Source: Squalus acanthias (Eukaryota). Taken from it: a stretch of DNA of 64,000 nucleotides. Shown in pieces: positions 12,620-25,186 of this stretch. The DNA lies in the NCBI GenBank assembly GCA_030390025.1, contig CM059432.1:85004001-85068000 (forward strand), written 5' to 3'. Position numbers and translations under genes: made by a program. How positions within the stretch are numbered: position 1 is the first letter of the stretch; every line of letters starts with the position of its first letter. A model generated the notes under the pieces. It did not search any database, was not told the DNA's origin, and worked only from the letters and a program-made list of their open reading frames with translations.

Positions 12620-14443
12620 CTGGCGGGCAAAATAAAGGAAAATCCCAAGGTATTTTATAAGTATATTAAGGGCAAGAGGATAACCAGGGAAAGAGTAGGG
12701 CCCATTAGGGACCAAAGTGGCAATCTGTGTGTAGAGCCAGAAGATGTAGGTGGGGTTTTAAATGAATATTTTGCATCTGTGTTCACTATGGAGAAGGACG
12801 ATGTAGGCATAGAAATCAGACAGGGGGATTGTGATATACTTGAACAAATTAGTATTGAGAGGGAGGAGGTACTAGCGGTTTTAGCGGGCTTAAAAGTGGA
12901 TAAATCCCCAGGCCGAGACAAGATGTATCCCAGGCTGCTGTGTGAGGCAAGGGAGGAGATTGCAGGGGCTCTGACACAAATTTTCAGAACATCTCTGGCC
13001 ACAGGGGAGGTGCCAGAGGACTGGAGAACAGCTAACGTAGTACCATTATTCAAGAAGGGTAGTAGAGATAAACCAGGGAATTATAGGCCAGTGGTAGGGA
13101 AATTATTGGAAAAAATTCTGAGGGACAGAATTAGTCTCCACTTGGAGAGGCAAGGATTAATCAAGGATAGTCAGCATGGCTTTGTCAGGGGGAGATCATG
13201 TCTGACCAATTTGATTGAATTTTTCGAGGGGGTGACTAGGTGTGTGGATGAGGGTAGTGCAGTTGATGTGGTCTACATGGACTTCAGTAAGGCTTTTGAC
13301 AAAGTCCTGCATGGGAGACTGGTCAAGAAGGTAAGAGCCCATGGGATCCAGGGCAACTTGGCACATTGGATCCAAAATTGGCTTAGTGGCAGGAGGCAGA
13401 GGGTGATGGTCGATGGTTGTTTTTGTGACTGGAAGCCTGTGTCCTGGGTCCTTTGCTGTTTGTAGTGTACATTAATGATTTAGATATGAATGTAGGAGGT
13501 ATGATCAGTAAGTTCGCAGATGACACGAAAATTGGTGGGGTGGTAAATAGTGAGGAGGGAAGCCTCAGGCTACAGGACGATATAGACGGGTTGGTCAGAT
13601 GGGCAGAACAGTGGCAAATGGAATTTAACCCTGAAAAGTGTGAGGTGTTGCATTTTGGGAGGACTAACAAGGCAAGGGAATACACAATGAATGGTAGGAC
13701 CCTAGGAAGGACAAAGGATCAGAGGGACCTTGGTGTGCATGTACATAGATCCCTGAAGGCAGCAGGACAGATAGATAAGGTGGTTAAAAAGGCATATGGG
13801 ATACTTGCCTTCATTAGCCGAGGCATAGAATATAAGAGCAGGGAGGTTATGATGGAGCTGTACAAAACACTAGTTAGGCCACAGCTGGAATACTGTGTGC
13901 AGTTCTGGTTGCCGCACTATAGGAAGGATGTGATTGCATTGGAGAGGGTGCAGAGGAGATTCACCAGGATGGTACCTGGGCTGCAGCGCTTCAGCTATGA
14001 AGAGAGACTGGACAGGCTGGGGTTGTTTTCCTTAGAGCAGAGAAGGCTGAGGGGGGACCTGATTGAGGTGTACAAAATTATGAGAGGCATAGATAGGATA
14101 GATAGAAAGGAACTTTTCCCCTTAGTAGAGGGGTCAATAACAAGGGGGCATAGTTTCAAGGTAAGGCGCAGGAGGTTTAGAGGGGATTTGAGGAAAAACT
14201 TTTTCACCCAGAGGGTGGTTGGAATCTGGAACTCACTGCCTGAAAGGGTGGTAGAGGCAGGAACCCTCACAACATTCAGAAGCATTTAGATGAGCACTTG
14301 AAACGCCATAGCATACAAGGCTACGGACCGAGTGCTGGAAAATGGGATTAGAATAGACAGGGCTTGATGGCCAGCGTGGACACGATGGGCCGAAGGGCCT
14401 CTTCCTGTGCTGTATAACTCTATATGACTCTATCTATGACTCT
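12620..14443 (+). mobile_element. 5'-truncated CR1 LINE (RT region) upstream of the transposase ATG
   Basis: QHGF, YMDFSKAFD, KFADDTK, RPQLEYC; CTATGACT-type tail; probable AACA TSD. Confidence 0.95.
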
Positions 14444-15089
14444 AACAGGTGTTATAAGCGCTCAGTCAATGTGGCCAGAGTGTATTCCAAGGAGGTCACA
14501 GTGCATATGGATCTCAGCTTAAACACTCACAAGCTCAAAAGTCCTGCAAAATGTGTTCCAAAACCTCAAAGCACAAATTTCTGTCATCTGAAAGTCAACA
14601 TGTTACAGGTCGCTTTTATGCTGCAGGAGCAGCTGTCAACAATTCAGATCCTTGCTGAACCCGGCACAATCAGCTGGCGTGTTTGTCGCACGATGGGCAA
14701 TACACTGAAAATTTCTTAAAATGGAAAGAGCCAGTTAAAAAGGCGTTATCTAGGTAGTTAACAAGCTTAAGTGCCTCTCCCGCCATTTGGTGTCGGGTCT
14801 GATCGGGACTCGCAGCCCCGACACTTTGCAAAGTTGTGTGGAGGCGGGATGGCGGCGTGTTAGCAACCTGCCATCAATCATTTTGATTTTTACTCCCAAC
14901 CCGCCTCCAAACCCGCCCTCTGAGTGCCGGCAAAATCGCGGCCTTCGTAAAACCCGACAGTTACAGCAAGTCGGGGACTGCTGGATCCAGGAGATAAAAG
15001 CCTTTATACCTACCTCCTGGATCCAGCGTCCCTGCCGAACCCACCCCCCCCACGATCCTCCCGTGGGCAGCCACAATCTTGTCTTCACC

Positions 15090-15530
15090 CACCCCGATCA
15101 TCTCTCCCCCCACCCCCCGATCACTGCCCGACACCACCCCCCCCCCACAAACTCCGATCCTTTTAACGGCCCGGCCCGATCCGCGATCACTGGCCAACAC
15201 CCCCCCAACCCCTGATCCTTTTAACAGACCGGCCCGATTCTCGATCCCTGGCCGACACCCCCCCAACCCCCAATCCTTTTAACGGCCCGGCCCGGCCCGA
15301 TCCGCGATCACTGGCCGACAACCCCCCCAACCCCCGATCCTTTTAACAGCATGGCCCGATCCTCGATCACTGGCCGACACCCCCACCCCGATCCTTTTAA
15401 CAGACCGGCCCGATCTTCGATCCCTGGCCGACACCCCCCCCACCCCCCGATCCTTTTAACGGCCCGGCCTGATCCTTGCTCACTGGCTGACACCCCCCAC
15501 CCCGATCCTTTTAACAGCCCGGCCCAATCC
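15090..15530. repeat. C-rich ~55-bp minisatellite (CCGATCCTTTTAACGGCCCGGCCCGATCCGCGATCACTGGCCGACACCCCCC)
   Basis: About 7 imperfect tandem units. Confidence 0.9.
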
Positions 15531-17549
15531 CTCCCTCCCTCCTTTGTGCAGCCTAGTGCCGCAAGCCTACCCGCCCACAACCAGCCAGCCTCTCAATCTG
15601 ACTGGCTGCGGGCGGGAAACCGAGGCCTCGCATGCAAATCAGGCCCAGCTGTTAAAGTTGGCAGGGCCTGCGTGAAACCCGGCCTCCCGAATTTGTCGAC
15701 CATCTCGGAGCCACCCCCGCACCCCCATCCCCAACCTGCCCTCCTCCTTAAAATCCAGCCCAACCTCTCAGCTTCTACCCTGTCAAGCCCCCTCAGAATT
15801 TTACATGTTTCAATGAGATAAATGATATTTTGACATTGGGTACATTTGCAAAAGGAATCTCTTGTAGACAATAGGCTGGATTTTGTCAGTGTGGGCGGGC
15901 TGGAGCGTGTCAAGTGGAAATCGTGCCAGGACCCCGACTCCTAATTGAAGTGCTGAAAAAGTGGGATTTTCCCCTAATTGGCCAATTGATTTCCAGCGTG
16001 TGGGAACCCCTGGCCCAATGAGTCTTTTCAGACAGAAAGTCGCCTCCGATGACGTCATCAATGCTGCTGGATTTAAGGCCTGCAAGCAGCCTTGCTTCTT
16101 CTGGAGACTGCAAACTTTATGGCCATTGCTGTCTTTGCCTTCTTCATCAACTATGTCCAGCAGTCGGCCACAGTGTGCTCCACATTTCGATGAGCCCTCC
16201 CTCCAAGCTCTGGTGGAGGGAGCGAGATCCAGGAAGGAGGTGCTGTTCCCTTCCTCAGGGAGAAAAAAGCCACCCCAGCAGACAAAAGCTGTGTGGCTGC
16301 AAGTGGCCCAGGAGGTCAGCTCCATCTCGCTGAGCCGCAGAACCTGGCTGCAATGCAGGAAGAGGTTTCATAATCTTCTCCGAACAGGAAAAGTGAGTAT
16401 GACTTTCCCATCACCCTCAATCTGATCCCCATCGCCTCTCCTCACCAGCACTCTGCTTTGCCAACCTCTTCCTCCACATTCCACTTGACACTTACATGCC
16501 TGCACACTTACCCATTCCCTCTCTCTCTCAGGTCACATTCAGTTAACTATTCGACCATTCAGCCCTCACACTCCCTATCACTGTGATGCCATGACAACAA
16601 CAACTTTCAGCACACAGTGAGGGTCTTTTGTATCCTTCTAAGCATTTATGCTATGGATTCTCTACACTCAGTCCTTCATTCTCACTCAAACTCCACTTGT
16701 GTCCCTCATTGCAGGAAAAGAGAGCCCACAATAAGAGGGAAAGGGCGAGGACAGGAGGAGGGCCACCCTCAGTAGCCCAGCTCACCACTTCGGAGGAGGC
16801 GGCCCTGGAGATCGCCGGAGTGGAGGACGATTTGCAAGTGGGGGACGGACAGATGGGTGCATCGCAGCAAGCTGGTGACAGAATAGTTTGTCATCTCTCT
16901 CATTGACATTGCATGAGTCACTGATAATGATTCTGATGCTCTAATAGATTGACTTATGATCATCTGCAGTATTCATTGTGCATGTAACCTTGGCCTCACA
17001 TCTCTAACTCTTTCCTTTACTCCCCCACAGGAGCATCGAAAGCCCCCGTCCCCACTATCCAGGAGGAAGAGCCTGAGCAGACAGACTCCTCAGAGGAAGA
17101 TGCAACCTCTGAGGGTGCAGCGTCAGCAGAATTCAGAGCACCCAACACCAGCGCAGACACTCACACCTTGGTGGGACCTTCGGGAGATAGAGTAGTGTTG
17201 TCACCTGGTGTATCACAGCTCACAAGTGAGCATCAGAAGATGGTGGAGACAGGGACAGCAGTGGAGAGTCCTCGTCGGAGGGCGCAGGACTCTGCCAGCT
17301 CAGCTCAGCTGCATGTTGACCCTATGCCTCCGGGTCCATCTAGAAGGAGAGCGGTGCTTGAACTCCAGGAACAGGTGCAGGAGTCTCTGGCAGGTTTTGT
17401 CTCCAGGGTCGCTGCGAGTGTGGAGCGAATGGAGGAGTCCATCGCGAACATGAGCAGAGCCTTTGTGGAGGCATTGGCGCATGAACGCATCACCATAGAA
17501 AGGATGGCAACCTCCGTGGAAAGGATGTCTACAGTAGAGGAGAGGATGG

Positions 17550-19248
17550 TGTAAGGTTTCCAAAATTTGCAGATCCCCAAAACCTAAGGAAAAAGGACTT
17601 TAGAACTACCTCAGAGTGATAAAAATGCATTTGGGCCTAACCTAAGGAATATAAGACCAAAACCTGTGTTTTGGCATTTTAAAAAACATGTCTGGGCCTG
17701 TGAAGGGAGAAAAGGCTGTGAAGGAAGTTGGTATGACCTCTGTAAAAGCAGTTTTGGGTATTGCAGTTAATTGCATTGTCTGGGGAACCGGGATGACCTC
17801 ACTCAAAGCCCCAGCATGCATTAACATTTTGACAATAGACCCTAGGAGAAGACAGTCCCACCAAAAACAATAGGTCCCATCAAACCGATTACAGGGCCCA
17901 TCAGAAAACATGCATAATACAGAGCACCCAGGACTAGGCTATAGATCAGCCTAGGAACACAAAACACAAAACCAATCACCAGCAATCAGCCAAGGAGATT
18001 GACAGGATGCAAACCATCCCAAAACCCATTTGACACTTACAGAGCAGTTACTGGTAGCAGGCCCGCCAAATTCAGACAATGAACTGAACAGATTTGGCGG
18101 GTAGATAAGGCAATATTCAATGGGTCAGATTGAAGGCCTGTTAAAACCCAGTTAACGTGCTAGTAAATTGTTATCGAGCCCGCCAAAACTAGACAATGAA
18201 CTGAACAGATTTGGCGGGTAGATAAGGCCACTTTAATTCTGTATAATTGAAGGCCCACCAAGCACACCAAGCAAGCTAGAAGAGAGAGAAACACTACAGT
18301 TCAGCATTCGTTGGGTCAAGCAGTCAGTCGCAACTGGTGGTCATCAGAAGGAGGAGAGACCAAGAAGAAGAAGGCTCGAGCTGGAAGCGAGTCGGCATCG
18401 CTCACCACTCGGACACACCTGAGTCCAGCTCGCGAAGACACCACCTCGACAGACCCCCAACAATGGCCCCAACACAGTCACCCGGAGCAATAAGCAGCAA
18501 CAAGTCACCGACGGCTCCACGAGGTTGACCGACACACCAAACAAGGACTAAAGCCATCGCGGAAACCAAAGGCCTCACAAAACCAACAATCGCGCATTAC
18601 CCCCAACTGACCGGGTAATAGCAGGCCAACGCGACCAACAAAGACCAACTCCAGGGAAGAAAACCCGAAGAATCGCAAAGTTTCCACACTACAAACTACT
18701 CCTGACTTACCCCTGGGTAAGATTTTCCCCAAAGACTCTAAGCCCTACTGCTCAACTAAAGAAATTGGGTACTCACCAGATAAATCCGTAATGACATCCT
18801 ACCGCATCAGCGGACTCGCGAAGACTGACCAGAGACCCAGGTGAAGTCCTCTACCACGTATGGGGTACGGCAGACACTAACCGCCATAAACAGCGAACCC
18901 CAAAACTGCGATTTAGCCCAACTGTCAAAGGATTGGTGAGCATTATCCCTGGTCCATCAAAACCTAACTTAGCTAGTAAAGTGAGGTTGGGAGGGGTGAA
19001 GTATTGTTCTACTGTCATTTCCCTCGCTTGTACCGAAGTGTTCCCCACCTTTAGAGTGATAAGAGTTTTATTGTTTGTGTCTTACCTTTTAATAAAGATT
19101 GAAGTTCTTTCATCAAACTCAGTTGTCTGCAGCACCTTTTGTATCACAACCCCCAAATAAGTCCATGGTCTAGAACCAAGGGAGTGGAGGCGATTCGAAC
19201 CGCTCAGAAGTCAGAGGTAAAGCTGACACAAAAACACCACCCCCTACA
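17550..19248 (+). repeat. 5' LTR (1699 bp)
   Basis: TGTAAGG...CCCCTACA; direct repeat of 32726-34434; TATAAT at 18242; AATAAA at 19091. Confidence 0.97.
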
Positions 19249-19250
19249 TA

Positions 19251-21072
19251 ATGGCGACTGCGGCAGGACCTTGGCAAAAGGGATGTGATGCAGTGGACAC
19301 TGTTTTTGAAGAGAGAACCAAAATGGAGGAAAGGATTTCCTCCTATGTGTTCGAAAAGGTGAACATAACTAAGAAGTGGGTACTCAGTCTGCTACGTGCT
19401 GAACGTCCAATAGACGCTGCAGCTAAGTGGACTGAGAGCAAAGACCACAGGAAATCTGTGGAAAAGGCCATCTGGTTGATCTGTTCCCAGAAACAGATAC
19501 AACTATTGGATAAACGTGTAGAGACACTCAAAGCAGAACTGCAGGAGTCTGCTCAGCTGTCTCAAGCAAGAGCCCTAGCAGGGGAAACATTACTCAGTGA
19601 ACTAACAGCCCGAGATCAGGAAAGGAGGCTGTTAGTAGAAATGTACAGGAACAGTCAAGAGTATTTTCAGTGTCAGGTCACCGAAGCAAAAAGCAGTGAA
19701 CTAGTGTTGAGGGAAGAAAACACCTGCCTTGCTAGGCAAGTAAAGGAACTAGAAGAGAGGTTAAGAGATGTCCAGGCAGCTTACAAGGTAGCAAGCACAA
19801 GGGGGTATGAAGCGGGAGAGCACAGCCCCTGCCAGAAACAAATAGAAAGTTTGAACCTTGCTCTGTCCAGAGCCAAAGGCATGGTATGCCTGTTAAGCCC
19901 GGGTACGGCCTGAGTGGACCTGGAAGTGCAGGGGGAAACTGTTTGAACGCCACCTGTGGCATCGGGGAACGACTCGGTTGGGCAGCAGGAAGGAAGGGCG
20001 ATTTGTGAGGCTGGCAGGAAGTGCACACCAACTGTGGCGCCGGGTTTTGACTCGGTTTGGCAGCAGGCAGAGGTGGGCGAACCAATGCAGGAGAGGTTGG
20101 AGCCGGGGCCGATGTGCCCGGTCCGGCAGCAAAAGTTTGGCCCACTCAGCGGTGATGAGGGTCAAGGACCCCTCGAAAGCCAATTCGTGGCTCCCCACGG
20201 TACCCAACAGCTTAGGGCTATGATAAGCCACCTGAGTAAGCTCACTCAAAAAGAGGACCCCTCAGTCCACTTCATGGAAGTGGAACAGGCAGCAGGCATC
20301 AATGACTGTGATGATGCCGAGATGGCCAAAATGTTCCTGTTCTCACTGGACAGCAAAATCTATCAGTCCCTCTCCGCAGAGAGTAAAAGAGGGCAGGGTG
20401 GATATGCTGCCATCAGAGAGGGAGTTCTGGAGGCCATGGGAATGAATGATGGGAGTCCTTTCTCCAGGGTGGAGAAGACTACACAGCTAGTAGGGGAGAC
20501 CCCACAGGCTTTCGCAGACCGACTGTGGCCTGTGTACAGGAGTGCCTGTAATGGGGTTCTCGACAGGGCTCACCTGACTCAGGATGAGCTGGCCCACTGG
20601 CTCCGAAGTCTGGTGGCAAACAGCTTGCCATGGATCAGAGCCAAGGCCGAGCTGTGGTTTGACCCAAGGGACCCCCGGGGTACCGAAGAGACAGTGGTCA
20701 GACAACTGACCCTAGCTTACCGAAACGGTAGGGGGGTAGAAGAGCATCCTTCCAAGGGGAAGGTGCATGAGAAAAAACCCAGCCAGAGTAAGAAACAGTG
20801 GCACCAGGAAGGGGGTAACCCTTCCGACACGAAGCGTAACTGTTTCAGGTGCGGGAAGAGTGGGCATTGGAGGAAGGACTGCAGGAATCCATGGAAGGAT
20901 AACCTAGGAAAGAATTCTCCAGCCCCTGCCCCAAAAGTAGAAACCCCAACCTCTCCCCACACGTTAGACTCGGTCGTAGAAGCGATTCGAGCCTTGTTAA
21001 CTGGCCCAGGAAAGGTAGCCACAGCCACTGGGACAGTGACCCCCCTCTGCCCCACCAAACACAGACTTATGA
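19251..21072 (+). pseudogene. gag: Gag: N-terminal coiled coil, CA-like region, CCHC zinc knuckle; two in-frame TGA (19911, 19944) and a probable +1 frameshift near 21045
   Basis: ORFs 19251-19913 and 19956-21161 are in the same frame; CFRCGKSGHWRKDC knuckle; heptad-rich N-terminal half. Confidence 0.85.
19252..19269 (+). promoter_or_regulatory. Primer-binding site, tRNA-Arg(UCG)-like
   Basis: TGGCGACTGCGGCAGGAC, 3 nt after the LTR; 17/18 match to the complement of the vertebrate tRNA-Arg(TCG) 3' end as I recall it. Confidence 0.8.
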
Positions 21073-24000
21073 CTAGAGCCAGCGCAGCCTGTCTACCTGT
21101 GTCCCCTGGAGTACGACGCTTGGAAGAGGACCACTTGTTAGGATGGAGGTGGAAAAGTTGAAAGGGACTTATCTGTTATATACTGGAGCTTCCAGCACCA
21201 TAGTCTATTCAGAGAATCCCACAGCCTCACCTCTGTCTAACGGGGTCCCGTACAGTTTAGTGGGATTCACAGGTAACGAGCAGGCTGGCTCGTTCTCCAT
21301 CCCGCTGTCCATTCATTTAGGAACACTCCACACCAAGTGGACCTGTGTCCTGATGAAATGGGAGAAAGAGGGGACGGGGATCCTGGGGGCCGACTTTATC
21401 ACAGGCCACAGGATTTTAGTGGATCTAAGGAACCACTGTCTGTGGGGAGCATGTGTGGGTAGAGAGAGTGAAGTGTCAGTCATCCCAGGGAAACAGGGCA
21501 AGGGGACCTTGTGTACCCTAAAACCAAAGGAAGGTTACGACCTCGAGCAAATGGTCAGTAACACTCCGGTGGAGTACCAGGCATTTGTGCGAGCACACCT
21601 CGCAGCATTTGCCACTCACAAGCATGACTGTGGGAGGGTCAACGGGGTCGACGTTAGTGTCAGTGGAGACCCCATGACCCGACCACAGAAGCAGTATAAC
21701 TTCCTCAGGGAGGCGGAAGCAGACATGGAAGCAGCCATGGCTTCCTTAGTAAAGCAGGGAGTGCTGAGACCGATAGCCACCCATGTAAACTCCCCACTGT
21801 GGCCGGTTAGAAAACCGGACAACTCCTGGAGGGCCACAGTGGACTATCGGGTACTCAACCGTAACATCCCCGCCTGTGCACCCACGGTGGCAGCCGTTGC
21901 CGACCTCATTGGAAGTATCCCAGCATCTGCAACCACCTTCACTGTGCTGGACATTTCCAACGGGTTTTGGTCCATCCCTTTAAGAAGGGAGGACCAGTAC
22001 AAGTTCGCCTTCACGTTTAAATGCCAACAGTACACCTGGAACTGCCTACCCCAGGGTTTCCACAATAGCCCCAGCATTTTTCATCAATGCATGGCTAATT
22101 GTTTGAAGGGCTTCAGCCGGCCCCGGCAGTTGGTACAGTATGTGGATGACCTACTCCTGTTCACTGATGAAGGAGAGGAACACGGTACACTACTGGCTGA
22201 ACTGCTGGAGCTGCTCCGGCAAGAAGGCTTCAAGGTAAACCCTAAAAAGGTACAGATCGGCCAACAGGAAGTAAAATTCCTAGGGCTAACTGTGCACGCA
22301 GGGGAAAGGGCCATTGACAAAGCCAGAAGGGAAGCAGTGCAGGAGTTACCAGCCCCCAACACAGTCACAGGGGTAAGGTCTTTTCTAGGACTGACTGGGT
22401 ACTGCAGAGATTTTATTGAGGATTATGCAGCCACAGCAGCCCCTCTGCTCCGACTCCTACACAAGGGTGTAGAGTGGGCTTGGGACGAGGGTTGCGAGGC
22501 AGCATTTGTAAGGCTCAAAAAGGATCTGCAGACCGCACCAGCTCTAGGGGCTATTGATGGGGAGAGAGAGTTTTTCCTGGAGGTGGCAGCCAGCGGGGAC
22601 AGTCTGAGTGCTGTGCTGCTCCAAGAGAGGCACGACGGGCTGAGACCAGTGGTCTACACCTCCAGGATACTCACTGATGTGGAGAAGGGCTACTCCAACT
22701 GTGAGAGGCACCTCCTCGCCACTCACTGGGCTGTGAAAAGATCATTGATCTTCACAGGCACATCTCCCATCACCCTGCTCACCCATCACACGCCCACCCA
22801 GATGCTCCTAGATGGGAGAATCAAAGATGGGACAGTGAGCAGTGCCCTTATTGCCCGCTGGACCCTACTTCTCTCCCAGATGGACCTAAGGGTAAAAGGG
22901 CTCTGCGAGCCGAGGCTCGCAGCCAACCTAATTTACCCAGGGAACGCCCACCGGTGTTCCATAGAAGGGGTATGGGAAGTTAACAGAGGTTTTCGGGCCG
23001 GGATACACCCCACAGGCCGTGAAATCTATGTGGACGGTTCGAGCACAGTATCTGCTGGAGAACGACTCACAGGGTGTGGAGTTTATGACCCAGAGGCGGA
23101 CATTGCCTTGGCCATTAAACTCCCCAGCACCATGAGCGCCCAGCAGGCCGAACTGTCTGCGGTGGTGTATGTAGTTACACACCCCGAGAAGTTCCCTACC
23201 CCATACACGATTTGCTCAGACAGCATGTTCACATGCAATTCGTGTACGGAGTACCTGGCCATCTGGTCCCGTCGCGGATACACCTCCGCTGATGGGAGAC
23301 CCCTCACCATAAAGCCTCTGTTGGAGAGAATCATGGCAGCAGTGGGGGAGGAAGGGAAGGTCTTCATCCATAAGGTAAAGGCCCACTCTAAGAAAGAGCC
23401 CAAGTGGGAAAACAACCACAAGGCAGATGAGCTGGCCAAAAAGGGGGCCAGAGAAGGGATATTCTGGGACCCGTAGCAAGCGGGTCCAGTAGCAGCAGTT
23501 CGGGCCAGGGGAAGCACACAGGGTGTAGCTTTGGCCCCGGACTTAAAACAGGCCCAAACCCAGAACACAGTCCTCAAGACTGTCCTGAACAGGCTTGAAA
23601 AAGGGGAGAAAGTAGAGGGCCCGTACGGCACAGCAGCCATCACTGTAAAGGAAGGCATGCTGTTCAGAGGGGAGCAATGGGTAGTGCCGCAGCAGCACTG
23701 AAGGGAATTCCTCCAACTGGCCCATGAGGGTCCAGGAGCGGGGCATCCCGGACCTGAGACCACCTGGCAATGGGTGGAACAGACAGGATGGTGGCCAGGA
23801 CTCAGGGAAGATGTCCGCGAGTTCTGTGCAGGCTGCCTAGTGTGTGTTGCTAACAACCCAGACCCCCAGAAAAGGAAGGTGTCTATGGGACACATCAGGA
23901 GGGTAGAGGGACCATGGCAGTCGATCCAGGTCGACTACATCGGGCCCCTACCCACCGTCCAGGGAGGCTTTAAGTACTGCCTAGTCCTGGTGGATGTGTT

Positions 24001-25186
24001 CTCCAAGTGGGTAGAAGCATTCCCATGCCGTACGGCTACTGCATTGGGTACGGCTAGGATCCTAGTCAGGGAAGTGTTCTCACGGTGGGGACTACCACAG
24101 TATGTGGAGTCCGACCAGGGGAGTCATTTTACTGGGCAGGTTATGCAAGAGACCCTCAGGGTGCTCGGCATAGAGGGGAAATGGCACGTAGCCCACAACT
24201 CGCAGTCATCGGGTCCTGTGGAGCGTTTAAACCGTACCATTAAGGAAAGGCTAAGGAAGGAAATGGGAGACTCACCCAAAAAGTGGGTAGAACTCTTACC
24301 GTTGGTCCTAATGGAGATCCGAGCCAGCCAGTCAAAAAGCACGGGGTATTCCCCACACGAGCTCATGAATGGCAGAGTTATTTGGACCCCCACCCATGTG
24401 CTAGCCCCGGTGCTCAAGGAAGGGCAGCTCAGAGAGGTGAACCGGGACAGATTCGTCAGGAATCTGTTGGACCACCTTAAACAGGTCCTCTGGCAGGCTG
24501 CGAGTAACATGGGAAAACAGCATCGGAGTAACCGATTGCTGCTCCAACCCCGCAAGCAGCACGAGTGGGAGATAGGGGATCAGGTCATGGTTAGAAATTT
24601 TGCCCGGGTAGGGAGTTTCGAACGACTGTACATGGGGCCCTACCACATTGTGGACAAGGCAAGCCCCATGGTCTATGCCATAAAGATGCCCCGCCGTACA
24701 AAGTGGTTTCACATCAACCAATGCAAGCTGTTTAAACCCGAGAAAAGGGAACAGTCAGCAAAGGTGGACCACCCCAAAGTTAGAAATCCCCAGCCAGCAG
24801 CTGTGGCAGACTCACAGACTGCAGCGGTGGGGACAGTGGCTTGTATCACAGGAGGGTACACTCCACCGATTATGTGGGACTCAGGCACAGCCCCAGTGGC
24901 CAGAGTCCTGAGAAGGTCTCCTCGCACACCACAGCCTAAACTGCCGTGGTCACCGGTACATCAGTGGGTCAGCCCAAAGGGGGCTGCAACCCAAAAGGGA
25001 GTGCCCAAGGCCAGGGAGCGTTCAAAAGTTAGGGATCCCCAGCTTGCAGCCTCAGGCTGCAAGGAATCCACAGGACAGGACAGGACAGGGACTCAGCAGC
25101 CACACCAAAGGGGGCAGTGTGCTGTAGCACAGGAGGGGACACTCCCGGGATTGTCAGGGATTCAGGGAAACCCTCAGTTGTTTTAA
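21073..25186 (+). pseudogene. pol: Pol: protease, RT, degenerate RNase H tether, RNase HI, integrase
   Basis: LLYTGAS (mutated DTG), LDISNGFW, LPQGFHNSP, YVDD, YVDGS/AELSA/SDS/NHKAD, HHCC, DYIG/SDQG/VERLN, GPY; in-frame stops at 23474 and about 23699. Confidence 0.95.

Larger units (their letters stand above)
6999..14943. mobile_element. Formerly autonomous PIF/Harbinger transposon (convergent Myb-like and transposase genes) with two CR1 insertions
   Basis: TIRs GGCCACGATTTT / AAAATCGCGGCC; TTC TSD (6996-6998, 14944-14946); both genes present. Confidence 0.9.
6735..15761. mobile_element. Minisatellite-bearing Harbinger-type MITE (6735-6998 plus 14947-15761), split by a nested Harbinger
   Basis: AAC TSD (6732-6734, 15762-15764); TIRs AGGGGTAATTTTAA / TTAAAATCCAGCCC; excision restores the CR1 frame. 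Confidence 0.85.

Noticed and set aside
19251..19913. Separate accessory ORF upstream of gag
   Set aside because: Same frame as gag, separated only by two TGA codons; more simply a decayed single gag, though a copy consensus is needed
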